DNA of 64,000 bases from Vicinamibacteria bacterium (GTDB lineage: Bacteria; Acidobacteriota; Vicinamibacteria; Marinacidobacterales; Marinacidobacteraceae), in assembly GCA_963422395.1 (NCBI GenBank), contig OY729431.1, forward strand, positions 2,592,001-2,656,000. The letters are read 5' to 3'. Shown in pieces: positions 28,457 through 37,087 of this stretch. Under the pieces are notes generated by a model. It saw nothing but the letters and a program-made list of their open reading frames with translations. It searched no databases and had not been told where the DNA came from. Both the position numbers and the translations under genes were made by a program. The first letter of the stretch is position 1, and each line of letters starts with the position of its first letter.

Positions 28457-31348
28457 ATGAGAAAAACACTTCTCGCTTTCCTGTTCTTGGCGGTCGCCGT
28501 ACCGGCGCTCGCCCAGCAGCAGTACGGCCGCCTCGAAGGCGCCGCGCGCGACGCCCAGGGGCTCGCCCTGCCGGGGGTTTCCGTCACCCTCTCGGGTGAG
28601 GCCATCATCGGCAGCCGCAACGCCACCACCGATGTGGACGGCTCGTACCGGTTCCAGGCGCTGCCTCCGGGCGACTACCTGCTCCAGTTCCAGCTGGGCG
28701 GTTTCCAGACCGTCCTGTTCGAGGACATCCGGGTGGTCACCGGCGCCACCTTCTCGGTGGACGCTGACATGCAGATCGCGACCGTCGCCGAAACGGTCAC
28801 CGTCACCGGCGAATCGCCGGTGGTGGATGTGAAGTCCACTGGCGTAGCCGCCACCTTCGACAAGACGCAACTCGACGAAGTGCCGACCGCGACTGACATG
28901 TGGGCAGTGCTCCATCAGAGCCCGGGCATTCGGGTGCAGGGTTACGATGTGGGCGGTTCGCACAAGAGCCAGCAGTCCATGTACGAGACCTTCGGCGTGC
29001 GCAGCCAGAACCGGGTCCTCTACGAGGGCGTGAACACCACCGAGGGCACCGGCAGCGCCGGCGGCTACTACGACTACTACGCGATGGAGGAGTTCCAGGT
29101 CTCCGCCCAAGGCGCCGATGTGGAGATGTCCACACCGGGTGCGCAGATCCAGACCACCGTGAAGAGCGGCGGCAACGAATTCTCCGGACTCCAGAGCGGC
29201 GCCTGGAATCCGGAGGATCTCATCGCCGACAACTTCGACAGTGCTCTGGAAGCGCGTGACGCATCCGCAGCCCCGGTGCTCAAATTCTATGAATTCCATC
29301 TGGACCTCGGCGGCCCGATCGTCCGCGACAAGGCCTGGTTCTACGCTGCCTACAACAACTTCTACATCGACACGGCGGTCTCCGGCCAGCCGATCGAAAC
29401 CGGTACCGACATCGGCGACTTCGATATTTTCACCGCGAAAGTGAACTATCAGATCACCGAGCGCGACCAGTTCATCGGCTTTTCCACCTGGTCGTGGAAG
29501 AGAAAGCCGAACCGTTCCATCTCCAGCACCATCCCGACGGAATCGGTGCTGGCGCAGGACTACTGGATCTGGCTGCACAAGGCCGAATGGCAACGGGTGT
29601 GGAGCGACCGGCTCTACAGCAACATCATGATCGGTCACATGGGAACGATCTGGCCGATGGTGCCGAAGGGCGACCCGGTCAGCGGCAACGAGCCGCGCAT
29701 CGAGGCGACCACCGGTATCCGTTCTGGCGCAGGCTGGCAACCGTTCACGCGCACGCGTTGGAAGCCGCAGAGTACCGCGCAGTTCAACTACTATGTTCCG
29801 ATCGGTAGTGGTAGCCACGATTTCAAGTTCGGATGGGACTGGCAGATCGATAGCGAATTGCGCGGCAACAACACGAATTCGGGCGGCGTCCGGTATCTCG
29901 ACGATGCTTCAGAGGGCAGGCCCAACAATGTGGACAGAGTCTTTCTCGTCGGAGTTCCAAATCTCACGGATAATCGGAACATGCACGCCGACTTTTTCGT
30001 ACAGGACGTATGGACCGTCAATGACCGCCTGACGCTCATGGCCGGGGTCCGGGTCGGCAGCCAGAGGCTCCACTATCTGGATTCCGATAGCTCCCCGGGT
30101 AGCGCCTGTGCGGACGTGCTGCGCTGTCAGTTCGAGCTTCCCTCGCAGCAAGGGCAAATCCTGATCGACCAGTTCGGTGCCGGAGGCACGATTCCCGGAG
30201 GCACGGTTCAGGATCATTGGAACTTCGCACCACGCATCGGCTTCACCTACGACATCACCGGTGAGGGTTCCTCGGTTTTCAAGGCTTACGCGGGACGCTA
30301 TTTCTCGAATGTCGGAACTGGCCTCCTTTCGGCGAATCCTGGCGGGCAGGCGTCCGGCACTTGGCGATTCACCGACCAGAACCAGAACGGAATTCTCGAT
30401 GATTCCTCCGAGCTGGGCGAGCGACTCGGTTTCGCCGCCGGCGCCGGTTCCGGCACTCCGATCGATTCCGACTGGACACTGGCTTATGCCGATGAGGTCA
30501 GCGCCTCGGTGGAGCACGAATTGACGACTGATCTCGGGGCGCGGGTTTCCTATGTGTACAAACGGATGCGGAACACTTGGAGCAACGTGGATCTCATCGA
30601 CCTCAACAATCGCAACACGCCACTGACGGTAACGGAGTGCGTCGATTGTCCGGCCGGCTACAACCGGTCCTTCAATTTGATGGTCGTGCCCGAAGACTTG
30701 GTGACCAAGACGGACAATCTGACGATGAATCACCCGGACGGCGAGAGCGACATGGATTTCCATACCCTATCGCTAGCTCTGAACAAGCGGTTCCGCAACA
30801 ATCTTTTCTACAACATCTACTTCGACTATCAATGGCGCTCCGAGCCGCGGAGCCCCGGTACATCCTCGACATCGTGGGCGGCCAGCAATCCGCTGTCGGC
30901 CGATCCCACTGCCCAAGGGTGGTTCATCAATTACGATCAGGACATCCCGACCGTCCAGAACACCAGCACCTTCCAAATGAAGACTTCGGCGCGTTATGTT
31001 CTGCCGTATGACATCGGTCTGGCGGGCACCTATCGCTTCATAAGCGGTTTCAACTATGCGCCCACCCATCGGCTCAACCTCTATGACGGCAAGCTGAAAC
31101 CTTACACGTGGCTCGGATTCATGAACGAAAACCGATCCGACAATGTGACCGTTGTGGATTTCCGGCTGGACAAGGCGTTCGCGCTCGGAGAGCGCATGAA
31201 CGCGCAGTTCATCTTCGATCTGTTCAACGCCCTGAACGCCAACACGATCACGAATTTCCAAATTCTCGATTCGGTGACGCCGTATCAGAGGGTGGTGGAC
31301 TATCTAAAAGGCCGAACCATCGGACTTTCGGCTCGACTTACCTTCTGA
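28457..31348 (+). CDS. TonB-dependent receptor, Oar-like, with carboxypeptidase-regulatory N-domain
   Basis: Signal peptide, LPGVSVT, ETVTVTGESPVVD, LGGPIVRDKAWF, NFAPRIG, DLFNALN and terminal RLTF. Confidence 0.92.
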   Translation: MRKTLLAFLFLAVAVPALAQQQYGRLEGAARDAQGLALPGVSVTLSGEAIIGSRNATTDVDGSYRFQALPPGDYLLQFQLGGFQTVLFEDIRVVTGATFSVDADMQIATVAETVTVTGESPVVDVKSTGVAATFDKTQLDEVPTATDMWAVLHQSPGIRVQGYDVGGSHKSQQSMYETFGVRSQNRVLYEGVNTTEGTGSAGGYYDYYAMEEFQVSAQGADVEMSTPGAQIQTTVKSGGNEFSGLQSGAWNPEDLIADNFDSALEARDASAAPVLKFYEFHLDLGGPIVRDKAWFYAAYNNFYIDTAVSGQPIETGTDIGDFDIFTAKVNYQITERDQFIGFSTWSWKRKPNRSISSTIPTESVLAQDYWIWLHKAEWQRVWSDRLYSNIMIGHMGTIWPMVPKGDPVSGNEPRIEATTGIRSGAGWQPFTRTRWKPQSTAQFNYYVPIGSGSHDFKFGWDWQIDSELRGNNTNSGGVRYLDDASEGRPNNVDRVFLVGVPNLTDNRNMHADFFVQDVWTVNDRLTLMAGVRVGSQRLHYLDSDSSPGSACADVLRCQFELPSQQGQILIDQFGAGGTIPGGTVQDHWNFAPRIGFTYDITGEGSSVFKAYAGRYFSNVGTGLLSANPGGQASGTWRFTDQNQNGILDDSSELGERLGFAAGAGSGTPIDSDWTLAYADEVSASVEHELTTDLGARVSYVYKRMRNTWSNVDLIDLNNRNTPLTVTECVDCPAGYNRSFNLMVVPEDLVTKTDNLTMNHPDGESDMDFHTLSLALNKRFRNNLFYNIYFDYQWRSEPRSPGTSSTSWAASNPLSADPTAQGWFINYDQDIPTVQNTSTFQMKTSARYVLPYDIGLAGTYRFISGFNYAPTHRLNLYDGKLKPYTWLGFMNENRSDNVTVVDFRLDKAFALGERMNAQFIFDLFNALNANTITNFQILDSVTPYQRVVDYLKGRTIGLSARLTF

Positions 31349-31378
31349 TCTGCTGAAAGGCTTCCGAACGGGAGCATG

Positions 31379-31416
31379 AGGCCCGCTGGCTCCATCTGGG
31401 GCCGGCGGGCCTTTTC
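31379..31416 (+). terminator. Intrinsic terminator after the TBDR
   Basis: Stem AGGCCCGCTGGCTCC / GGGGCCGGCGGGCCT (with G-U pairs), 4-nt loop, short T run. Confidence 0.75.
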
Positions 31417-31450
31417 CGTTGTCGGAATGGCGCGGGAGTACTCTTGCCTC

Positions 31451-33418
31451 GTGCGCCGCCGTGCGAACCGGTTTCGACCCTTCGCGTTCCTCGTTTTCGG
31501 CTTCGCGGGGGCCTGTGGCAGTGACCGAGATCCAGCACTCTCAGCTGCCCAGACAGCAGCACCTCCCCGCAGTCCGCTAGACGACGCATCGCAGGGCGTC
31601 GGCGCCGAAGTCTGCGGCGCCTGCCACGCCGAGATCGCGGCGGCGCAGGTGGAACACCCGATGGCCCGCACTGCTGCGGCAGTGACCGGGGCGACTCGGG
31701 AGCGCTGGTTCTCGGAAGCGATGCTCGACCGCCCGGTCTTCTGGCCGGAGAGCCTCGGCCCCCAGCCGTCCTACAGGAGCGGGGCCGAAGGGGAGGGGGC
31801 CGGGGAGGTTCGCTTCGGGGCCGCCGGAGAGGATGCGTCGGCGGTTCCGGTGGACGCCGTGTTCGGATCCGGGCTACGCGGGCTGACCCCGGTGTCCTTC
31901 GCCGGTGGAGGGCAGCTGCGGGAACTGCGCCTTTCGTTCTCGAGGGCCCGCGACGGCTGGATTCCGACCCCTGGGAGCGAGGAAGACGAAGACCCGCTGG
32001 GCGACCTCGACCACCCGGAAGCGAGCGCCGACTGCATCGGCTGCCATGCCACCGCAGCCGCTTGGGACGCCGAGGGCCGCTTCGACCCGCATCGCGCGGT
32101 GCTCGGCGTCTCCTGCGAGCGCTGCCACGGGTCGGGACTCGAGCATGTGGAAGCCTCGTCGGACGGCGGCGTCCCCGGCCCCATCTTCCATCCGGGACGG
32201 CTCTCCCGAAGGGGTCAGGTCGCCTTCTGCGGCCAATGCCACCGGCAGCCGACCGACTTCGAGCCCCGCGCGATCCTGGCCCGCGATCCCGGCCTCGCCC
32301 GCCACGCCGGAGCGAGCCTGATGATGAGCGCCTGTTTCCGACAGTCGCCCGCGGCGGCGACGATCGCCTGCTCCGACTGCCACGACCCCCATCGCGCAGA
32401 GGCCGCGGGTCCGGACCGGACCCGGTCGGTGTGTGCCCAGTGTCACGAAAACCCGGCCGCCCTTCACTCGCGGACGAGGGTTTCCGAGGTTTCCGACTGC
32501 GCCGGATGCCACCTGCCGACCGAGAGCGAGGCCTTCCACGGCTCCTCGTTCACCGATCACTGGATTCGACAGCCCGGCGATCCGCCGCCCCCGCACTCGC
32601 CCGCAGGGCGCGCCGAACTCGCCTGGCTCGAAGAGCTCTACGCGGAACGGGTGCTGGAAGAGCATCCACCACGAAAGGCGGCGCGGCTTCGGGCCGGACT
32701 GGCGGAACTCCTGCACCTCCGGGGAGCACGGGCCGAAGCGCAGGGCCTCCTTCGGGAGGTGCTCGCACTCGGTGCCGACTACCAGACGCGGATGAAAGCC
32801 GGCGCGCTGCTGCGCGACGGGGGACGAAGCACCGAAGCCGTCGCGGTCTTCCGAGAGGCCGCCCATGAACAGCCCGAGACGCCCCACGCCTTCTACGAAC
32901 TGGGGGACCTGCTGCTCGAGTCCGGCGACTTCAGCGGCGCTGTGGAACCTCTCGAAAGCGCCGCCGCGCTGAGCCCGGACTCTGCCGGGGTCCGGGCAGC
33001 ACTCGGCGCGGCGCTGGCCGGCGCCGGCCGGCCCGGAGAAGCCGTCGCAGTGTTCCGGGAAGCCCTCGTCCTGGACCCGGATGCGCCTGCGGCGCTCGGC
33101 CCGCTCGCGGGGATCCTGGCTGCCCACCCGCAGCGCGCGCTGCGAAACCCCGCAGAAGCGGTCCGCCTCGCCGAACGGCTGGCGGGCGGGTTCTCGTTTC
33201 GCGAGCCGCGTTCGCTGGATGTCCTCGGGGCCGCCTACGCCGCCGTCGGAGATTTCAGGAGCGCGGTCGAAGCGGCGGAACGGGCTGCCGAGCTGGCAGC
33301 CGCCGGGGGCGCCCTGGATCAGGCCGCCGCCATCCGCCAGCGCCTCGCGCTCTACCGCGTGCAGCGTCCGTATATCGGCCCGCTGCCAGCGGGCGCGCCC
33401 GGTCGATCCCGCCCCTGA
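31451..33418 (+). CDS. Multiheme cytochrome c (7 CxxCH)-TPR lipoprotein
   Basis: CGACH, CIGCH, CERCH, CGQCH, CSDCH, CAQCH and CAGCH; lipobox-like FAGAC; C-terminal TPRs. GTG start inferred. Confidence 0.88.
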   Translation: MRRRANRFRPFAFLVFGFAGACGSDRDPALSAAQTAAPPRSPLDDASQGVGAEVCGACHAEIAAAQVEHPMARTAAAVTGATRERWFSEAMLDRPVFWPESLGPQPSYRSGAEGEGAGEVRFGAAGEDASAVPVDAVFGSGLRGLTPVSFAGGGQLRELRLSFSRARDGWIPTPGSEEDEDPLGDLDHPEASADCIGCHATAAAWDAEGRFDPHRAVLGVSCERCHGSGLEHVEASSDGGVPGPIFHPGRLSRRGQVAFCGQCHRQPTDFEPRAILARDPGLARHAGASLMMSACFRQSPAAATIACSDCHDPHRAEAAGPDRTRSVCAQCHENPAALHSRTRVSEVSDCAGCHLPTESEAFHGSSFTDHWIRQPGDPPPPHSPAGRAELAWLEELYAERVLEEHPPRKAARLRAGLAELLHLRGARAEAQGLLREVLALGADYQTRMKAGALLRDGGRSTEAVAVFREAAHEQPETPHAFYELGDLLLESGDFSGAVEPLESAAALSPDSAGVRAALGAALAGAGRPGEAVAVFREALVLDPDAPAALGPLAGILAAHPQRALRNPAEAVRLAERLAGGFSFREPRSLDVLGAAYAAVGDFRSAVEAAERAAELAAAGGALDQAAAIRQRLALYRVQRPYIGPLPAGAPGRSRP

Positions 33419-33708
33419 ATCGCCGGCTCGCGGAGCGCCGATCTCGGAAGCGACGCTCTGACCCGCCAGGATCGACTCGTGCGTCTGCCGCCGGAACGCT
33501 CCAGCGCCCTGCGCGATCGGCTGACCGGAATCCCAGCCGTCGAACACATTTCGGATCGGCCTCGCGAGCGAGCGGCTTCTTCCCCGGGGTGTTTCCGGCT
33601 TCGTTTCCGGACGGTCCGGCAGCGGCGAACCCGCGGGTACACTGCGCCGTCGAGGCGCCTGTCGAGCGCCGGCGGCCCTTCGCAGACCTTCCTCCAGGAG
33701 CGACATCC

Positions 33709-34845
33709 ATGATTCCCGACCCGAGACCCCTCGCGCTTTCGAGCGCCCTCTGTTGTAGCTTGGCTCTCGTCGCCGCCGGATGCGGCGGTAGCGGCCCGCC
33801 GCCCGAAGCCCCGGCCCCTGCTGGAAACGCCGATCTGGTCCAGCGAATCCTGCCGAACCCGAATCCGGTGGTGATCACCGAGTGGGCGGCCCTGCCCGAC
33901 GGACGCAACTGGGGCTCCACCGCCGGAGTGGACATCGGCCCCGACGGTCATGTCTGGGCCTACGACCGTTGCGGCGCGAACGCCCTCGCCGGAGGCTGTG
34001 AGGAGAATCCCACGGTGCATCCGGTGCTGAAGTTCGACCGCCACACCGGAGAAGTGCTCGCCGAATTCGGCGCCGGACTCTTCGTGCTCCCCCACGGACT
34101 CCATGTGGATGCCGAAGGGAATGTGTGGGTAACAGATTCCCAGGGGAACGAAGCCGGCACCAAGGGACACCAGGTGATCAAGTTCAGCCCCGAGGGCGAA
34201 GTCCTGCTGCGTCTCGGGACCGCCGGGCAACCCGGGAGCGGGCCCGGTCAGCTGAACGAGCCCTGCGATGTCATCACCGCGCCGAACGGCGACATCTTCG
34301 TCTCCGACGGCCACAGCGGCCAGAATCCCGACCCGCCCGCGGGGCGCACCGGTCGGATCCTCAAATTCAGCCCGGATGGCGAGTTCCTCATGGAGTGGGG
34401 GAGCATCGGATTCCGCCCGGGCCAGTTCCGCACCCCGCACGCGCTGGAGTTCGATTCGGCTGGCCGCCTCTTCGTGGCCGACCGGGGCAACCACCGGATC
34501 CAGATCTTCGACCAGGAAGGCAACCTGCTCGACACCTACCACCAGTTCGGCCGCATCAGCGGTCTGTTCATCACCGAAGACGACACCCTCTACGCGATCG
34601 ATTCCGAATCGCAGGAGCAGAGCCACTACGGCTGGATGAACGGGGTGCGGATCGGTCCCGCGGGCGAGGACCGGGTCACCGGATTCATCCCGCCGCATAC
34701 CCCCACCGAGGGACGGATGCTTCAGGGGGTCGCCGGTGAAGGGGTAGCGGTGGACGCCGACGGCCAGATCTTCGTCGCCGAGGGTCCAGCCTCCCGCCCA
34801 TTCGCCGGCGGCGGGCTCACGAAGTACGAACGCGCACCGAACTGA
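33709..34845 (+). CDS. NHL-repeat beta-propeller lipoprotein (PAL/amidating-lyase-like)
   Basis: Lipobox AAGC; NHL repeats (PHGLHVDAEGNVWVTD, FVADRGNHRIQIFD); SD AGGAG. Confidence 0.85.
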   Translation: MIPDPRPLALSSALCCSLALVAAGCGGSGPPPEAPAPAGNADLVQRILPNPNPVVITEWAALPDGRNWGSTAGVDIGPDGHVWAYDRCGANALAGGCEENPTVHPVLKFDRHTGEVLAEFGAGLFVLPHGLHVDAEGNVWVTDSQGNEAGTKGHQVIKFSPEGEVLLRLGTAGQPGSGPGQLNEPCDVITAPNGDIFVSDGHSGQNPDPPAGRTGRILKFSPDGEFLMEWGSIGFRPGQFRTPHALEFDSAGRLFVADRGNHRIQIFDQEGNLLDTYHQFGRISGLFITEDDTLYAIDSESQEQSHYGWMNGVRIGPAGEDRVTGFIPPHTPTEGRMLQGVAGEGVAVDADGQIFVAEGPASRPFAGGGLTKYERAPN

Positions 34846-34966
34846 GGCGTCGAGAACCCGCCGCTGCCTCCGGCAGGCCCGAGGCGCATCTCAAGCATCT
34901 GGCCCGTGGCCGGGAAAAGCACCATCGGCAAGTGCAGAGGTATATCTCGCTCTCGCAAGGGTGCGC

Positions 34967-35539
34967 CCCCGTCCGTGGTTTAAAAAATACCTGTTGCGAC
35001 CGAGCCTCCGGCTCGGGCGCGGCGCAGCGGGGGTATGTGTGAAAGGGGGGGATCCCCCCCTTTCACGAATTGGTACCTCGAATCGCGCCCGCTGCCGCAC
35101 CATCCCAGCCTGACCGCGAACCGAGTCCGGAGAACCAGGCGAGCGGCAGGAGTGCGATTCCCGGCGCGGAGCGCCGGGCGGTCCGGGAGCGGGGCGTCCC
35201 CGTGCATCCCATCAGAACGCGAGACGCGACACGACATCACGCCCCGAGACGAGAGCGACCCCCGTCCGTGGCTTAAAAAACAACCTGTTGCGACCGAAGC
35301 TCCGCTTCGGGCGCGGCCCAGCGGGGGTATGGGTGAAAGGGGGGGATCCCCCCCTTTCACGAATTGGTACCTCGAATCGCGCCCGCTGCCGCACCATCCC
35401 AGCCTGACCGCGAACCGAGTCCGGAGAACCAGGCGAGCGGCAGGAGTGCGATTCCCGGCGCGAAGCGCCGGGCGCTTCGGATGCGGGGCGTCCCGCTCTT
35501 CCCACCAGAGCGTATGACGCAACACGACATCATGCCCCG
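34967..35539. repeat. Two tandem copies of a ~294-bp structured element
   Basis: Copies begin near 34967 and 35260 and share an identical central core. Each contains the perfect 28-bp palindrome GTGAAAGGGGGGGATCCCCCCCTTTCAC (35039-35066, 35333-35360). Confidence 0.95.
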
Positions 35540-35556
35540 CACCCGGAGCGCTCAGC

Positions 35557-35641
35557 CGGAGGGAGGGGGATTCGAACCCCCGGACCCTTTCGGGTCAATG
35601 GTTTTCAAGACCACCGCCTTCAGCCGCTCGGCCATCCCTCC
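35557..35641 (-). tRNA. tRNA-Ser(TGA)
   Basis: GGAGGGATGGCCGAGCGG...GTGGT-CTTGAAA-ACCAT, long variable arm, GGTTCGAATCC. CCA not encoded. Confidence 0.95.
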
Positions 35642-35736
35642 GGTGCCCAACCCCGCCGCCGGCCGCCGCCAACCAACCCTCGACAGGCCCGCCCGACGAG
35701 GCGCCCCCAGAGAGGGCAGCCTCGCCCGGTGGTGTG

Positions 35737-36705
35737 TTATTCCGACTTCGGCAGAGCGTCGAGCATCGCCTGGGCCTGTGCCGCAGCGGGGCTGTCCGGC
35801 TCGACCTCGATCGCCATCTGCAGGTGTTCGGCAGCGGAGTCCATGTTCCCCTGATTGAGGTGCACCATGGCGATCTGCAGGTGGGGCTCGGCCCAGTCCA
35901 GACGCCGATCGGCCGCCTCGGCGTAGAACTCGATGGCCTTGTCCATCTCCCCGTTGTTGAAGTAGATCTGGCCCACATTGAACGGGATCACCTCGTCGTC
36001 GGTGGCACCCACCGCCGCTTCGAAATGGGTGACGGCGGTTTCGAGATCTCCGACGGCAACCGCCATCTCCGCGAGCGAAACATGCGCTCCAGCGTTTTCG
36101 GCCTCCTGAACGAGCACGAGCTCATAGGCAGCCCTCGCCTCGTCGGGCCGGTCCAGCTCGCGAAGCGCCGCGCCGCGGTTCAGATGCACCTGGTACATGG
36201 TCGGATCCTGCATCAGCACTTCGTCGTACCGAACGAGCGCTTCCTCGAAACGACCCGCCTGATGAAGCTCCTGGGCCTCGGCCAGGAGCCCGCCCCCGGT
36301 GCCCGCCGACTGGCCCATCTGGGCCGGTTCGAGGACGAGGTCCATGTCGGGATTCTTCCCCGCCTGCTTCATCGGCGCCTGGTAGTTGTAGGGCATGTAT
36401 CCCGGCGCCTGAACCGAGAAGTCGTACGCCCGGCTGCGAAAGCCGAGGATGGCCCAGCGGCCCCGGTCATCCGTGGTGGCTTCGAGAATTCGCGACGAAT
36501 CTCCCGCCTGTGCGGTTACGTTGGCGCCTTCGATCGGGTTGCCGGTCGGGTCCTTCACCGTCCCGGAAACGCGGCCCGTTCCCATCTGCGCCAGCACCGG
36601 CTGGGCGAGCAGAACGAGAGCGGCAGCAACGACGAAACCAGGGGCGAGACGACTGGTGAGACCATGGGCCGGGAGACCGGTGTTCTGAACGGTGCACTTT
36701 CTCAT
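35737..36705 (-). CDS. Secreted carboxypeptidase-regulatory-like plus TPR protein
   Basis: Signal peptide (..PVLAQ), [18 protein letters not shown], then TPRs; SD AGGAG. Confidence 0.85.
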   Translation of the reverse strand: MRKCTVQNTGLPAHGLTSRLAPGFVVAAALVLLAQPVLAQMGTGRVSGTVKDPTGNPIEGANVTAQAGDSSRILEATTDDRGRWAILGFRSRAYDFSVQAPGYMPYNYQAPMKQAGKNPDMDLVLEPAQMGQSAGTGGGLLAEAQELHQAGRFEEALVRYDEVLMQDPTMYQVHLNRGAALRELDRPDEARAAYELVLVQEAENAGAHVSLAEMAVAVGDLETAVTHFEAAVGATDDEVIPFNVGQIYFNNGEMDKAIEFYAEAADRRLDWAEPHLQIAMVHLNQGNMDSAAEHLQMAIEVEPDSPAAAQAQAMLDALPKSE

Positions 36706-36800
36706 CGGAAATCTCCTTCGAGGCCTCCTCTGGCCCCGTTCGCTCCGGGTCCATCCTCGGGAACGCACCCGAAAAAGGATCCCTTCCACAGACGGTCGGC

Positions 36801-36874
36801 TGGCTGGGAAGCAGGGACTCGAACCCCGATTCCACGGTCCAGAGCCGTGTGTCCTGCCATTGGACGACTTCCCA
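36801..36874 (-). tRNA. tRNA-Gln(CTG)
   Basis: TGGGAAGTCGTCCAATGGCAGGAC..CACGG-CTCTGGA-CCGTG..GGTTCGAGTCC..CCCAGCCA. Confidence 0.96.
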
Positions 36875-36995
36875 GTGCGCGGACCCGTTGGACGGACTCG
36901 TGAGAATAGCAGGATCGGCAGTCGGATCCGGGCCGCCCGCCCCCACCGTGTACCATCCCGGCGCCTCTGGCGGAAAGCTCGCCGGAGTGGGCGCT

Positions 36996-37082
36996 GGAGA
37001 GGTGCTGGAGTGGCTGAACAGGGCTGCCTGCTAAGCAGTTGCGCGGGAACCCGCGCCGAGGGTTCGAATCCCTCCCTCTCCG
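36996..37082 (+). tRNA. tRNA-Ser(GCT)
   Basis: GGAGAGGTGCTGGAGTGG..CTGC-CTGCTAA-GCAG, variable arm, GGTTCGAATCC. Followed by CCG. Confidence 0.95.
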
Positions 37083-37087
37083 CCGTT

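Noticed and set aside
33419-33708. 290-bp intergenic region as a riboswitch or sRNA
   Set aside because: No recognisable conserved motif; only a possible -10 (TACACT) near 33638.
33709-34845. Bacterial peptide-amidation (PAM) pathway
   Set aside because: Only a PAL-like NHL propeller is present. There is no PHM-like copper monooxygenase or precursor peptide nearby, and NHL proteins are common in such genomes.
34967-35539. Repeat as a CRISPR array, or as coding sequence (ORFs 34980-35525 minus and 35035-35517 plus)
   Set aside because: There are only two long units with identical interiors (no unique spacers) and no cas genes. The ORFs stay open because the 294-bp period is a multiple of 3, and the substitutions preserve hairpins.
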